DNA of 64,000 bases from Octopus sinensis (taxonomy: Eukaryota): positions 94,488,001 to 94,552,000 of the forward strand of contig NC_042999.1 of NCBI RefSeq assembly GCF_006345805.1. The letters run 5' to 3'. The notes below the pieces were generated by a model. That model worked only from the letters and a program-made list of their open reading frames with translations, was not told the origin of the DNA and did no database searches. Each line of letters opens with the position of its first letter. Within the stretch, counting starts at the first letter, position 1. The translations under genes were made by a program, and so were the position numbers. Of this stretch, positions 27,427 to 41,970 are shown in pieces.

Positions 27427-28269
27427 TGCATTAATTATAACTTCTAGTAGAGAGGGCTGCAGTCTTTTAATATATCAGGCCAATTTGTGCAACCGAATTT
27501 AAATGCAGAATTTTGCAATTATCTAAGAAAATATGATGCACCCAAGCTTATTAAATGTAAATCATAAAAAGGGTGTATGGTTTATTACCAATGAAAATAG
27601 AGGATTAAAATAAGATGCTTCGCTTTGAAGAACATGGCAGATCATTCTCAATAAGCTTGAAAACTTTCAATTATATGTTTATTACAGAACATGTTTAGAC
27701 TTGATGTTGATACACATCTATATACACATAACGTTCGATTTTATAATTTTGAAAATATATATTCAATGATATAAGTGATCCCAAACAATAAAAAGAATAT
27801 TAAGCATAATCAGATTCACTTATACAAAAAGCCTCGGTTAGGAATCACTGATACAGTAAATCGAGATCGTTACTTCAGTTATGCATTGTATTGTATCTGA
27901 TATGGATTAATTTGCAGGATTTTCACTCTGGAATTATCTCGCTAAGAATTACTTTCTTTAAACCACTTTTACTTCGCCGCTCATTTTGAGGCATAGCGTA
28001 TTATGTAGATGAATCTCTATAATATTCCCGTCACATCTGCCGAAATAATTCACTAAATCACCATTTTATAAAACAATGAACAACACAAAATTTCAAAGTG
28101 CCATTTAAAAAGTACATAATTGTTTTCTGATATCAGTGGCTATATATTCAAGTAAATGATATTTAAATTACCACGTGAACTTATTGAAAGCCTCTCATAG
28201 CTGTCATTCCTCTAGTAGTCTCGTCATTAAAATAGTATGTACAGATGTTATACACCGTTTATAAATACC

Positions 28270-28790
28270 CCGGATAGACACAAGACGGGATCAGAAGGCA
28301 TGCAGTAGAAATGTTTGAAATCCCATGAGCAACGAAAATTTGGGTTGCGTCACATGCAGCAGAAAAAATTCTGGGACAGATTAGTAAAGAAAATGAAAAC
28401 CATGATAAATTCCAAGATATGATATTTATCGATACTATACACATAGACGGACATGTCCAAAAATATAGAAAAGCACTACATAAAACAAAACTTAGAATTA
28501 AATTGTAGAGATCCCTGCAGCTCAGTCAAGTTACTAAAATATAAATCATGCCCATACTTTACATTGTTAGCTCCTGTAGAAAACTTCAAAACTGGAATCG
28601 TAGTGTACCACACGGGAAATCAATATATGGGAAATCGATATATGGACACGACAACAAATTATATAAGAAGAACGGCCCGCAGTATAGGTGAAAGGACTGC
28701 AGAACATTTGCGAGAATACAATGAAAAGAAGCAAGCATCCATACTTTATAAACATGCAGTGCAGAAAGAACAAATCAATAAATATGGCAA
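28270..28790 (+). mobile_element. Decayed Penelope-like element, GIY-YIG endonuclease region
   Basis: ORF 28453-28809 contains GIVVY...NYIRRTARSIGERTAEHLRE...ASILYKHA, matching VVY..C..C..YIG.T.R.L..R..EH....S.+..H. Confidence 0.7.
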
Positions 28791-29070
28791 CACTAAAAGA
28801 AAGAACTAACAAATACATGTATGTGTAGCATGTGTGTGTGAGCGCCCGTATGTTCGTACCTATTACGAAATGAATTACGGTTATTAGGAAGCCTCTTTAT
28901 GGAAGCTTATTAGTGTTTATAAATAGAAGATAGAAAAGCTTGATGCAAGAAGGGGGATAGAGGCCATCCCACTCTTACATGTTTAGACACACACGCACAC
29001 ACACACGCACACACACACGCACACACACATATACACTCTCTCACTCTCTCTTTCTCTCTCTCTCTCTCTC

Positions 29071-29115
<45 letters not shown>

Positions 29116-29317
29116 CACACATACACACAAACACATACACGCGTGCGCGCACTAGTCTGCACATAAATACGCAATTGATAAGAGAACGGAAAGGCAAGCC
29201 ATAAGGGACGTGACCGCAAGGGCAATCACAACGACAGTATTGATATTAATAATAACAGTGATATGTACGACATTTTGAACCCTCATCTTTATACACCATG
29301 GTCACTTTCTTTGACAG

Positions 29318-29400
29318 GTTTATTATATCAGGCCGGAAGAAATTACTCCAAGGCAAACGAAGAGGGTATTTGTAAATATTTATGTAGTCTTTTAAATGAG
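29318..29400 (+). CDS. Isolated candidate exon
   Basis: Acceptor CACTTTCTTTGACAG, donor GAG|GTATGT, open frame (G)LLYQAGRNYSKANEEGICKYLCSLLNE; no partner exons established. Confidence 0.25.
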
Positions 29401-29761
29401 GTATGTATGGTATCACCAAATACCGCACCCTTCCATTTGCATGTGTCTACCATGGCACGTATAGAGTTAGTTACACAGTGCTACACTTAAAAAGACTGGA
29501 TCCATTGGAAAAGGCATCCACACATGTCTGGGCGAGCACACAGAATGACGGGTCGGGAATCATTCGGATCTCTAGAGTTCCCGTAAGTATCCACTTCTTG
29601 TGGGAGTTCATCTGTCACTTGTTCTCGTGAAACAGAAAATGTAGTTTGCGTAATATTGTTTGAGATTAAGCGTTGTGGTACCCGAGCAGTTTCCCGTTAT
29701 ACTATAATAACACTGTGCAGCTTTAATGGAAGGCACGTTCGGTGTGGTATCGTTATATTTT

Positions 29762-30162
29762 ATTTTTTACATATTTCAGTCATTAGCCTGCTGCCAAGTT
29801 GTGGCATCGCTTTGAAGATGTCTTAGCCAAATGAATCGACCCTAGTAATTCTTTTTATTTTTTTAAGCCTTGTACTTATTCTATCGATGTATTTTGCCGA
29901 ACTCCCAAGTTACGGGGAGGTAAACACACCAACACTTGTTGTCAAGAGGTGATGGGAAACAGACATAGACACAAAGACACACATATATCGATATATAAAT
30001 GTATACATACATAAGTACATATATATGTATATATGTATGGATGTATGTACGCATATATGTATGCATGTATGTATGAACGTATGGATGTATATGACGGTCT
30101 TTTGGTTCCCATCTACCAAATCTACTCAAAAGATTTTGGTCGGCCAGCTTCCTACCACACAG
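29762..30162 (-). mobile_element. Family B SINE copy with internal TA/TG-type microsatellite
   Basis: Reverse complement matches the body and tail of 17816-18247. Confidence 0.75.
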
Positions 30163-30337
30163 TGACAATGCACCGGTAGGGTAGGATTGCTTGATAGCAT
30201 TTCTGCTTCAAATGCAATGGTTCTGATGCCGCAGCCCAGCTTGCATTTCAGTATCGAATACCTGTCCACTTTATCAAAAATCAACAATTAGCTTCCACGC
30301 ATTTTCAGTCAAGGAGTGTATTACAGGCACGTGTGTA

Positions 30338-30369
<32 letters not shown>

Positions 30370-32629
30370 CGTGCGTGCATGTATGTTTCTATATATGGTA
30401 TGCACTTGAATTTTTGCTATACTTTTATTTTAGGATCAATTAATTCATTTTAGGGCTAATTGTTTCATTTTAGGATTAATTAAAATAAGATCTATATTCC
30501 CAGTTAATCTGCTATCGTATTTAATGACAATACTTCGCTAATCTTCATTAGATAATTTCCATATTGTCTTTCCGCTGTTGATTAAGAATTCAGTTACATC
30601 CGTGCCAAGTTACCTATAAATCTTCTCGAAACTTGTTGTTGCACAATAGTTATTGATGGCGTTTTGTACACTTCCTATGAAATTTTATAATTCCATGCGC
30701 TTTTAATGGTATTTCTAGATATGTTGCTTCATATTTTGTAACATAATAAAATCAAGAGAAAACATACCCATGTAATATAAACGCGTTGTAATCTCTGTGG
30801 TAAAATGGAAAATATTGATGTTAGTACCGAATCATAGACTAAACTGTCTAGCGAGACGCCCGTTTATGTAAAAAATACTTTATATATTCTTTAGATATAT
30901 TTTAGATATTCTTTAGATTTATTTACGCAAACAACCTCTTGATACTGTAATTATTTCTCTGCCTTATAAGTATTTCTAAAGTAGGGAGAAACCAACCATT
31001 ACTGATCGTCAACGAAAAGACCTTTAGATATATGTAATCAATATTCTATATCCAAGAGCTTGATTACGGCTCTTATCAAAATGTTTTTCTAACATAGTAT
31101 CATTGGTTTTTCTTATTGATGCCTTATTAAATATCTACTGTTATGTCTCCAAATCTTTCACATCAAACAGAAAATTCTAAAGACATCATAAAATTGATTT
31201 TAATATATATTACTAGCTTTGTATGAATTCTTTTACTAACCAAACCCTTCCACAAGAGTCAGCTAAACTTAGAATTGCATCTTCTCATCTACGCAATATT
31301 TCCAGAAAGAATTCATATTATCGTATCAATGGAATTAGAATATCGAGACGCCGATTGGAAATCTACAATGAAAAACTTATTGGTGGCTTAATATTTCTAA
31401 TCATATATTCCATACATAGATTGCTGTATTTGATCAAAGTTTCTACGTTCATATTCCTAAGAACATTTACATGTTCCTACTTCATACAAGATCTAATAAG
31501 AAGGTTTGTTTCATCTGTTTAACATCAAACCTCTTCGATTCCCTTTCATATTCCAGTAAAGGCGTTATTTTCACCGAATTCTAAACATCTTGCCTTTCAC
31601 ATGACAATGCTATCAACCTCTCAAATTTTTCCGATAATTTTATATATTTTCTTCTCCATTTTCATTTCGACATTCTGTCTTACTTTCTAGATGCATTCTA
31701 CTTTTATTTGAAATATATCTCTGTCTCATCATTTTATCAGATATCTTTCGACTGATTGGAAATTTATTCAGTCAGATTAAATAGATTCCTCTGTCTGAAA
31801 CAAATACACTTCATTTAAATAAAAATAAGATATGCTGCAGCTAAATAACTAAAAAATAATCAATACCAAACGAAGAAATGTGATTAAAAATTCGCCTTTA
31901 TCAACATTTGCATAATAATTGCTTATTAAATTGCTGTTAAGAGAGATATGGATGTTTCCAATGTGACCAGGAATAAAATTAAATATGTTTACATAACGAT
32001 ATTGTGTTTTCTTACGTATAACATGCCGTTATGCAACAATTCAGTCTATTAAACATGGCAGACAACTTCTCTACCCGTACTTAACTATATTATTATTTTA
32101 TACATGCAACACATATTAAAATGAGTACTCATTATAAATACTCATTCATAGCTTGACATTGTTCTCAGTTTCTATAAATTGGAAGATCAAATATCCAGAT
32201 CTTAAATATAAAGAAAAGAAATCTACTCCTTCTTATTCAGTTTAACTATCCACGGTTTTCGTCATTTCTCTGCAGTTTGTTATAAATGTTACTGTTTCAC
32301 TATACTTTTAAAAAAGAAAATACATTGATCTTAATAGTCAGTCATGGCAGCGGTGAGGTTGGCAAAGACTGGTAATTTATGGGTTCAACTCTGATCAACT
32401 TTGATCAACATCATCACTACGAAAACCACCATTTTGGGGGAACAGCTGTTGCTTCCGCACTCGCTCGACGTTACGGAGTGGCTGCCAATTCGCTTAGTCA
32501 AGTGGCAGGATATGTGTGTGTGTATGTGTGTGCGTATGCGCGTATATGTGAATGCCTTTGTATCTGTATATGTATATATGTGTGCGTGCGTGTGTGCGCG
32601 CGCGCGTTTGTATGTGCGTGTGTATCTTT

Positions 32630-32770
32630 TATTTCTTATTTCTTACATGTTTCAATCATTAGACTGCGGCTATGCTGGGGCACCACTCTAAAGAACATTT
32701 AGTTGAATGAATCAACTCCAGTACTTATATTTTTGTTAAACCTGCTACTTAGTCTATCGATCTCTTTTCT
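32630..32770 (-). mobile_element. Family B SINE 3' fragment
   Basis: TTTCAATCATTAGACTGCGGCTATGCTGGGGCACC...TACTTAGTCTATCGATCTCTTTT matches the family B tail. Confidence 0.7.
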
Positions 32771-33190
32771 TGAAGGGCATCCTTACTGTTACATCCGTTT
32801 TGAAGTGTTCTTCATGTCGTAATATTCGAATCACTGTTGAATTGCTGGTGTAACAATGATGTTCAGGAGATCTGATGACCTGCTTTTCTTTATTTCCATC
32901 ACTTTGTGAATATACAATTGTATAATATTGTATTGCATTTTATAATGCAGAGCACTCATAACAATGTTGAGATATAAACATGACGAAACATATTATATTC
33001 CCCTCTAAAATTATTACTACATGAAGAAGGCTTTGAAACGACAGAATGAATTAATGGTGTAATTTAATGCAGGGCTTATTTAAATAATCACTTGATAAAC
33101 ACGTCAATGATAATGAGTACAGTTTACGCTAATGTGCATAGCAGACTACAAGGTATATAAAATATATACATATGTGTGTGTATGCATATG

Positions 33191-33229
<39 letters not shown>

Positions 33230-34439
33230 TGTGTGTGTGTGTATACGGAGACGTACAGCAACTTGTTATCAGGATATCGTGCTATCTTCCATATTCATAT
33301 TGTCAGTGCAGACAAGGTATGCGTCTGCAGTGTGATTGGTGAAATTTCAAATATGGAAAATAGGATGACAACATATTTCTTACTTTTTAAATCCCTCGTG
33401 TATGTGTCTATGTGTAGTTTAATCTTTTTTCTGAAAAAAACATTTTCTTCAGTTTAGAAAGACATGAATTATCACCAGTATATTTCTTCCTCGTAAATTT
33501 ACGTTATAAGCCTCTGTATATTTGTATGCCTACATGACAGTATAGAATGATAAATATTCGGAGAAACAAAATGCTAAGGTGATTTCATTTGCGAATTAGC
33601 ATATTTTGAATTTTTATTGTTATTGTTATTTGTATGTGATGGCAAGAGATGGAAGATATTTTAGTTCAACATTCCTACTGGGTGTTGTCATCCTTCATCG
33701 AACCAGTGTGAAACAGAGCTCAACTGGTTCAATCTCTTAAATTAAATGGATTTTCTTAGAAATGGAATACCATAAGAGGCTTTAATGAAACTTTCTCATT
33801 TAATGAATATTGAATTAATCTTTGAAATTCTCCAAGTCTGGAATGATAAACAAGATTCTCCTTCGAGGTACTGATATTTGCTGATTAAAGAATGCATGCC
33901 CCAACAGAATTTCGTTACATGACGTTACAAAGGCAGGGGAAGTCCTTATAAAACTACAGATTACATAGAAAGTACATTCATAGCATAAACATAGTAAAAT
34001 TGAGAGAGAATTGTGAAACTGACGGTGCCAATTGTTCCAAATGGTTAAAGAATTTTCAGTTCCTCACATAACTAATCTATACGTTTTAAACAACACATTT
34101 GCTTTTGTGTAGCATTTAATTTCACCTGGATCGACTAAAATAAAGCATTTTTGATTATATATACCGATCTACTAAATCGATTGTAATCTCTCATTCCGAA
34201 GAAAACTTTATGGATGAAAGACGTAAATTCTGCAATTAGTACATGGTCACATATTTGAAATAACTATAAAATTTGATTTACTTTTGAACTCGATTATTAC
34301 CTATTACATTGACTGCATAGGATTTCAAAATGAAGGCGATAATATGGAGAGCTAGCGAATCGAATATGATAAGAATTAAAATTCAACACTGTTGTATAGC
34401 ACCGCTTTCCTGACTGGACATGTATGTCAGTAAAACACG

Positions 34440-36290
34440 TTTTTTTTGCATAGACTATACGCAAGAGTCCTCATTGACAGACTAAAATGCCATGCGCCAG
34501 GGAAATAACAATACTAGTAGACAAAAACTATACGAAGAGAACAGACTGTTCTCTGCAATTCAGAAGATATTCTCCAGAACACTATTAGGGAAAATGGTAC
34601 AGACGTTGCGCTGAATGATGGCGAATCCACACAATTTTGGTAAAACATATGGTTGGGGAGGCGCTGCAAAAGAAAAAAAGCATAACATAGATGCAACATA
34701 GATATATGAAGTTTAATATAAATTATCTAATCTATGAAAACTGAGATGAGAAATATTTTCAAAGAAGAATATTCAAAAGCAAGATAGGAAGATGCCAATC
34801 TGGATATCTGCTGCACAGGATGGAATCCAAAGAGCCTTGTAGAAAAGATTTAAGTGTTATTCATGACGAAAGAAGCACTTAAAGGGATTATTTAGAAGAA
34901 GAGGAAATTCCAAGTTGGATGGTGAATAGAAGAAAACTTTGATAATGAAGTCTGTTAAATGGACGCTATAAGCTGATTGCCTGTTTGAATTTAGTTTCGA
35001 AGTTGTTAAGAAGCATCTTTGCAGCGAAAGTGTATGATCACTTGCTTCAGAATGAAACGTAAATTTTCAAGCAGAGGGGATGTTGAAAAATTCTTAGAGA
35101 ACCAAGCCTTAGCCTATTATTGACAAGGTAATCACGACTGATTTAAAAATACTACTAAAGAATTTTTGCTTGGCTTCGGTAGAGTATAAGAAAGCCTTTG
35201 ACATGGTCCCGTATTCGTGGGTATCGAAATTTTGGAGAATATTTGGAATAGTATCATGCATTTTTGGAAGACAACCTTGCATGCAGGAAATAGACACATA
35301 TGTGTAGTCAATATAAAACAGGAAATATTCCAAGGAGATTCATTCTCACCGTTGCTCTTTGTGGTCGGTATGTTTTCATTCTCGATGGTCTTACGAGAGA
35401 CAGATATTGACTATCCGGTTGAAGACAGAAGACCTAACATCAATCATATACTTTTCAAGGATAATTTGAAGGCAACAATAAGCCACAGGTTCATTCACTG
35501 GTCAGAAATATCCCTTCGTGCTCTAAAGACACTGGGACTGTTTTTGGTACTGCAACGAGTGCTACTGGGCACAGGAGGTGGTGTGGAATTACATGGTCAA
35601 ATCGAAAGACAAAAGAAAGAATTAAGAATTAAAAGCGGAAACTTCATGGAATTGCTTGACAAAAATCTATTTTATGGGTATGTTTGTTACTGCCTGCTCA
35701 GGATCAAGTGCTAAACACAAAATCGATTAGGAATATGCATAGCCCAGAGGAAACAAACATTATGTGATAATGTTGTAATTTGACATACATTGTGAGTGCC
35801 TGTGACATGATTGCGCAAAGGGAATATAATAGGCGTACGATAAAGTGTGCTTTCAACACCTCTATTCTTTATGCGAGACAGATAGGGTCCTAAAACATTG
35901 GACAATGAAAATCGTGTGGGACTTTAAAATCCAGAGAGAACGAATTCTGGAACATATAAGTCTAGACGTAACTTTAGTGGAGAAATGTACTATAAAAAGA
36001 TGTGTGCTAGTCGATGTAACTTACCCAGCGTATCGTTATAAGAACGGTAAAAATAAATAAAACGAGAAATTAGAAATTTGTAAAATATGCAGATAAGAGA
36101 ATAGTTGACGATACGATATAGGATATGAAAAAGAGGAGTGCAACCGATTATAGATAGTTTCTTGTGTTGGTGAAGAAAACTTTTCAGAAGTACCTAGACA
36201 CTAGTTCATTACGATATTGCAAAAGGCAACACTTTTGGGGACAGAAAATATCTTGTAGAAAATACTATCTAAAGTTACATACCTTGATAA
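34440..36290 (+). mobile_element. Long decayed R4/Dong-clade non-LTR element (RT, CCHC region, RLE)
   Basis: Frames read ESTQFW..IW, VEYKKAFDMVPYSW, IFQGDSFSPLLFVVGM...INHILFKDNLK, IVSACDMIAQREY.RR, KIVWDFKIQRERILEHISLDV...CVLVDVTYP and a degenerate K..LLGT..I end. Confidence 0.85.
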
Positions 36291-36940
36291 GGAGTTAAAT
36301 AGATGATCCAGCATCAACAAGATCATAATACCAATACTGATAACAACAACAATTTTATTTATGTTTTAACACTGGAGTTTACACTTGTAAGTTCATCCGT
36401 AGCTTTACGCTATCAGACAGACAATTAACCGGAAATTGTTACAAGAAAAACACGCCTGAAAATCCATAAGTATCCACAGAGTTTCTACGATTATAAGCAA
36501 AGAGAGTTAAATGACCAAGTTCTATATTAAAGAGATTTACAGTTGTTGCATCGGATAAGATTCTCATGAGCATTGATATATTATGCAATGATATATGCAA
36601 ATATAGCAAAGCAAACGCTGAAGTGATAGCCGGTTAATGAAATGTAGAACTAGTTAAATCCATTCTCCTTTGCTATTACTGTATAAGTATATGATGTCTA
36701 TGTGAGTGTGTTTACATACATATACAGGTTTATATATGTGTGTATATATATATTGGTTACAGAAACACAAGTATTAAATAAAGGAAGTTAGAACTTTAGA
36801 TTTCTATAATGCATTAAGTACTAGATTAGAAAGTAGAGTACTTAGTTCAAACCAATTACAAGAACATCATGCAATATAAGTATATACCTGTTAGTTTGCG
36901 CGCATACATCTATATGCATACATGTATGATACATATATAT

Positions 36941-37017
<77 letters not shown>

Positions 37018-38269
37018 CGCACAAATACATATTTATATACACACGTAAAATGTATTATGTGCGATAATTTAGTTTCTTTACTGGTAGATTTCGACCTGAA
37101 AGAAATATTGATATATTGTATATTTAAGGTAAAGACCAATAGTATTTCTTATTTATAAATAAATGTTTTTCTCATATTAAACATTGGTCATTCCATTTTG
37201 TTTTAATTTATTTTGGTCTATGTAAACGATGATCTAAGGCACACTGCTTCATGGTACATCATATTGAATGACTTTCTAATTTCTGTACAAATCTTCTCTG
37301 CTGATCTTTTGTAAATGATCTATGAAGTTTTGTTTTGAATGTTTCCATATGTTCGATAATCTGGTAGAATTGCTTAAGCACCTGTTTCTTTACATTCTCG
37401 GTTCTAATTGCCGAGGTCGTGTTTGGCTTTCATCTCTTCAGTACCGATACATTTTGTATCAGTTGAGCAGTGGAGTCGATTACTACAACTGGTAGTAGTA
37501 GGAAAAAACATTGAGCGGAATGCAATAACAAATTCTGCAGAAGAACATTTGTTACACATTAATGCATCTTTACATGCCGTCTACTTAAGACATTGCATTT
37601 CCGTGGTCAGTCAAATAAATACCAATGAAGCATTCGAAATGTTATGATCGATTATAACCGGCACCAAGATCTGGGCTTTGCTCTCGTAATAAATCCAATC
37701 AGTATTCATATTAATATTTCATATTAATTATTATATTACTAAAGTGATTATTAAGGCGATTAAATCGTTAGACTACCTGAGAAAATATTTCGTGGTATTT
37801 AATTACGTTTACCTCCTTGTTTTAATTAACGATTGGATTTAATTAACCGTTTGTCCTTCTGGAGTGTATTACACACGTACACATGATAAAATGAATAGCA
37901 TTTAATCAAATATTTCATTCCCTCAGTTTGTGATTTTATGTTATAAATAATTTATCTTATCAGTGTAACACATTTGAAATTGCTTGACTCAATATAGCTC
38001 TTAGTGACTGCAGGTGATAACGGTTCGAAGTATATGTTTCTGTGTATATGACATTCAAATCCAAATACGGTGTTCGAAATCTTTCACTCACTTGTGGTAT
38101 TCACATGTGTCCCAATAAAATGTTGATTTCAAATAAATCAACTCGACTAAATTGGAACATGCTTGGTGATATCGGAACCGATGAAACAAGTACCAGTTGT
38201 GCTCTGGTAGTCGATGCAATCGACTAACCACTTCCTCTAAAATTTCAGGATTTATGCATATAAGAGAAA

Positions 38270-38271
38270 TG

Positions 38272-38306
<35 letters not shown>

Positions 38307-38326
38307 TATTATTATTATTATTATTA

Positions 38327-38389
<63 letters not shown>

Positions 38390-38640
38390 TATTATTATCA
38401 TCATCATTATTATTATTATTATTATTATTGTTATTATTATTATTATTATTATTATAATTATTATTATTATAGAATTCGCACTATATACAGTATCGTGAGG
38501 TTGTTGATTGAAGATATTATGTCTACTGGGGGTTTATACTGTTTGTCATGCCACAACTAGGACCTCAGACAGACAGGTGTTTATGCTTTTGTTCTAGGAG
38601 TTCTGGAACGATCGACAGTTAGTTCTCTCTTCTTTCCCTT
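38270..38640 (-). mobile_element. (TAA/ATT)n array with an adjoining R4/Dong-like 3' UTR fragment
   Basis: 38476-38535 is homologous to 40477-40538 (GTTGTTGATTGAAGATA.T.TGTCTAC.GGGGTT); both run into (AAT)-type repeats on the minus strand. Confidence 0.6.
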
Positions 38641-38924
38641 CCCCGGTACTTATTCGCCTTCATTTATAATTCGTCATGTGTTTTACTTGGTGGCGGGGGG
38701 GAGAGAGACAATTTTTTTTTTCTTTTGCAGGCATGCTTAACATTTTCTCTACAAACTACAAACAAGCCCCATCTCAGTTCCTTTTTTCCATTCAAAAACT
38801 AATGCAAATTTTGAACAGAGTATATTTGTGAAAAGAGCCCACAAAAATGGGTAATACCCCTACAAAATGGGTGGGGGAGAAAAGTTGCCTAGAGTCGGCT
38901 ACAGGAAATTCAATTCTATACTTT

Positions 38925-39012
38925 AAGGTGTGTCTTCTACTATAGACTCGGGCGACCAAAGCCCCGTGAGTTAATTGGGTAGACGTAAACTGAAAGGTAA
39001 AAGGAGCCCGTC

Positions 39013-39062
<50 letters not shown>

Positions 39063-39248
39063 TTATCCTTCCACCACCATTGTTTGACAACCGATGTTGG
39101 TGTGTTTGAGTCCCTGTAACCTTGCTGTTCGGCAGAAGATATTGATAGAACAAGTACCAGAAAATAAGTCCATGCGTCGATTTCTTCGACTAGAGGGTGT
39201 TGCTGCAGCATGGCTACCGTCAAATGACTGAAACAAGTAAAAGAATAA
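38925..39248 (+). mobile_element. Family B SINE, 5'-truncated, with internal (TA)n(TG)n
   Basis: Body and tail homologous to 17816-18247. Confidence 0.82.
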
Positions 39249-39589
39249 CAGAATACCAGAAGAATGTTCCGCACCACTAAATCAAAAATATCTTTTGAAC
39301 ATATAAGATGTATTTAAGGCTAAATAATAATTGTTTACTTTTGCGTAAAATATATTTTGGTTGGATTATATAGTTATCGGTTTTACATTTCTTTCTATAT
39401 TCTGTAATTGTCACAATATAGAAACATTTTCCATGACACCAGCACACAATTTACAGATGTTTACATTTTTTAAATATTTTCCGTGAAAGTTTCCCAGGTT
39501 CAGCTAAATATGTACCAGTTATTCAATCCCTTTATCTGTCCTTGTTTGTCCCCTCTATGTTTATCCCCTTGTGGGCAATAAAGAAATAA

Positions 39590-39654
<65 letters not shown>

Positions 39655-39744
39655 CATTATTATTATTGAGTGAGGGAGCAGTATATGCCATCTAAGTAAC
39701 ACTGAGGTACAAATATACGAAGCTCACTATACCCATCATGACTA

Positions 39745-40425
39745 CCCGTCTGATAAAGTTCCGCCAAAGATCTCAGACAGACTTAACGCAATATACGTGC
39801 AGTTCCAAGTAATGCCGATTTTTGCCATAGACCTAGATGGTAAGGTAGTTCTAAAGTTTCCAGATGTTTCTTCAGAGTGGGTGGTATTGAACTCACTGCT
39901 CCAATGATAAAAGGGAGAAACTTTGTTTGACGCTCGTAGCTGCCACATCTTGGCGATCTCAATTCTGAGGTCTCTATATTTATCAATCTTGTCTCTTTCA
40001 TGATAATATGTTTATCTCCTGCCACTGCCACGTCGATTATTAGTCACTCTTGTTTGTCTCTTCTAAAGGTTACTATGTGTGGCCTTCGTTGCTCTAACAC
40101 CTTCTCTGCCACGAAGTAACAGTCCCAGGGAATTTTTGCCTTCCCCTTTTCATCCATTACCTTTTTCGGTTTATGTTGGTACAAATCACCTGTTACATTG
40201 TACCCATACTTCCGGCAAAGTAGCCACTACCTTGTTGTGTCTGCGCTTGTACTCTTTATGCGCAAGACATTCACAAGCTCTAACAATGGGAGTCACGCTT
40301 TCGACACACTTCCCAAAGATTCTGCAGAGTTTCGTTGCACTTGTGTGGTATATACACCATTTCCCTGAGTTGGTATTCGATGCCTGAACCTGAGCAGCTA
40401 TAATTACGCTTTCAGACTCCATGAT
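39745..40425 (-). mobile_element. R4/Dong-clade fragment (CCHC knuckle + RLE C-terminus)
   Basis: ESVIIAAQVQASNT...KLCRIFGKCVESVTPIVRACECLAHKEYKRRHNKV, then LIIDVAVAGD...FIIGAVSSIP...LWQKSALLGTARILR*. Confidence 0.85.
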
Positions 40426-40574
40426 GCATCGGGGTCTTTTAATTTGTTGTTATTATTGCTATTCTTATTTTTAAGACATCGCACAGTATCCAATATTGTG
40501 ATGTTGTTGATTGAAGATAATTCTGTCTACCGGGGTTAGCCGCAATATTATTATTATTTTTTTTTTTTTTTTTT

Positions 40575-40916
40575 TCTTCTTTCAAATTTTTTTCCGTTTC
40601 TTGCCGAGTGTCTTCCCGACTCCTAGGGCAAAGAAACTCATAGTGTATATTGGTAGGCCATTAAACCAAACTCAGTAGTTCGTTTTTTTTTATTTATTTA
40701 TTTTTTAAAGTTAAATTAAAATACATGAGCAGCAACAGTTCTCACATCGACAATGCTCTTCTCAATACGTGTGATGTACCAGTTAAGACAATCTTTTGCA
40801 CTTCTTGCAGGGATGGTAAGCCAGGGATCATTCTCATATAATTTTCGGTTCCCTTCTTGATCAGTCCTAGTGCTCCTATGATCACTGGTATTGTAACCGC
40901 CTTGAGATGCCTTGAG

Positions 40917-40917
<1 letters not shown>
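40575..40917 (-). mobile_element. R4/Dong-clade extreme 3' end + 3' UTR
   Basis: HLKAVTIPVIIGALGLIKKGTENYMRMIPGLPSLQEVQKIVLTGTSHVLRRALSM*; 5' junction is inside an (ATT)n array. Confidence 0.88.
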
Positions 40918-40953
<36 letters not shown>

Positions 40954-40983
40954 GTGTTATTATTATTATTATTATTGTTGTTG

Positions 40984-41030
<47 letters not shown>

Positions 41031-41037
41031 GTTGTTG

Positions 41038-41069
<32 letters not shown>

Positions 41070-41088
41070 GTTATTATTATTATTGTTA

Positions 41089-41123
<35 letters not shown>

Positions 41124-41124
<1 letters not shown>

Positions 41125-41630
41125 TATGTTTGACTTTTGCTTTATGTCTGTACAAGTTGGCTCCAAGTCTCACCCAGAGACCTCAAGAGACAACAGGTTG
41201 GAAGTTCTGTGCCATATATTTGGGTTTTTGTTTTTGTGTTGTACTAGTGAATGTCTAATACATAAAAAAAATAAATAAATAAATAAAAAAGTTTGTTTTA
41301 AACCTTGGGATTACATAGAGAGTATTTTGCGTAGGATATGAGCAGTTCCCATGAGCACTATCTTTTGAATTTCTGCCATTTTGGGGTTTCCTGGTATCTG
41401 AGTTAGGTAGCAATCAGGCCCTTTCGCTATCATTCCCAGGGCACCTATGACAACAGGTATTGTTTTAGTCTTCAGCTTCCACATTTTGCTGATTTCTATT
41501 TCAAGATATATTTGCTCAGTTTTTGGTAGGTCTTGACAGATACGTTTATATCGATTGGGACAGTCATATCAATGAGGAGGCATGTTCTTTGTCTGAAGTC
41601 TTTCAATATAATGTCTGGCCTATTTGCATC

Positions 41631-41632
<2 letters not shown>
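41124..41632 (-). mobile_element. R4/Dong-clade 3' end (RLE + 3' UTR) flanked on both sides by (TAA)n
   Basis: DANRPDIILKDFRQRTCLLIDMTVP...LEIEISKMWKLKTKTIPVVIGALGMIAKG...IQKIVLMGTAHILRKILSM*. Confidence 0.9.
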
Positions 41633-41685
<53 letters not shown>

Positions 41686-41687
<2 letters not shown>

Positions 41688-41899
41688 GGTGGTGAGCAGG
41701 CAGAATCATCAGCACTCCAAGCAACGTGCTTAGTGACATTTCGCTTGTCTCTACGTTCTAAGTTCAAATTCAGCCGAGTTCAACTTAGCTTTCCATCCAC
41801 TTGCGGCTGATAAAATAAGAACCAGTTGAACACTGAGATCGATGTAATCGACTAAACACCTCTCTCAAAATTGCTGGTTTTGTGACAAAATTAAAACCG
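41686..41899 (+). mobile_element. Family C SINE copy
   Basis: AAGGTGGTGAGCAGGCAGAATCATCAGCAC...TACGTTCTAAGTTCAAATTC...AAATTGCTGGTTTTGTGACAAAATT. Confidence 0.8.
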
Positions 41900-41908
41900 G
41901 TTGTTGTT

Positions 41909-41970
<62 letters not shown>

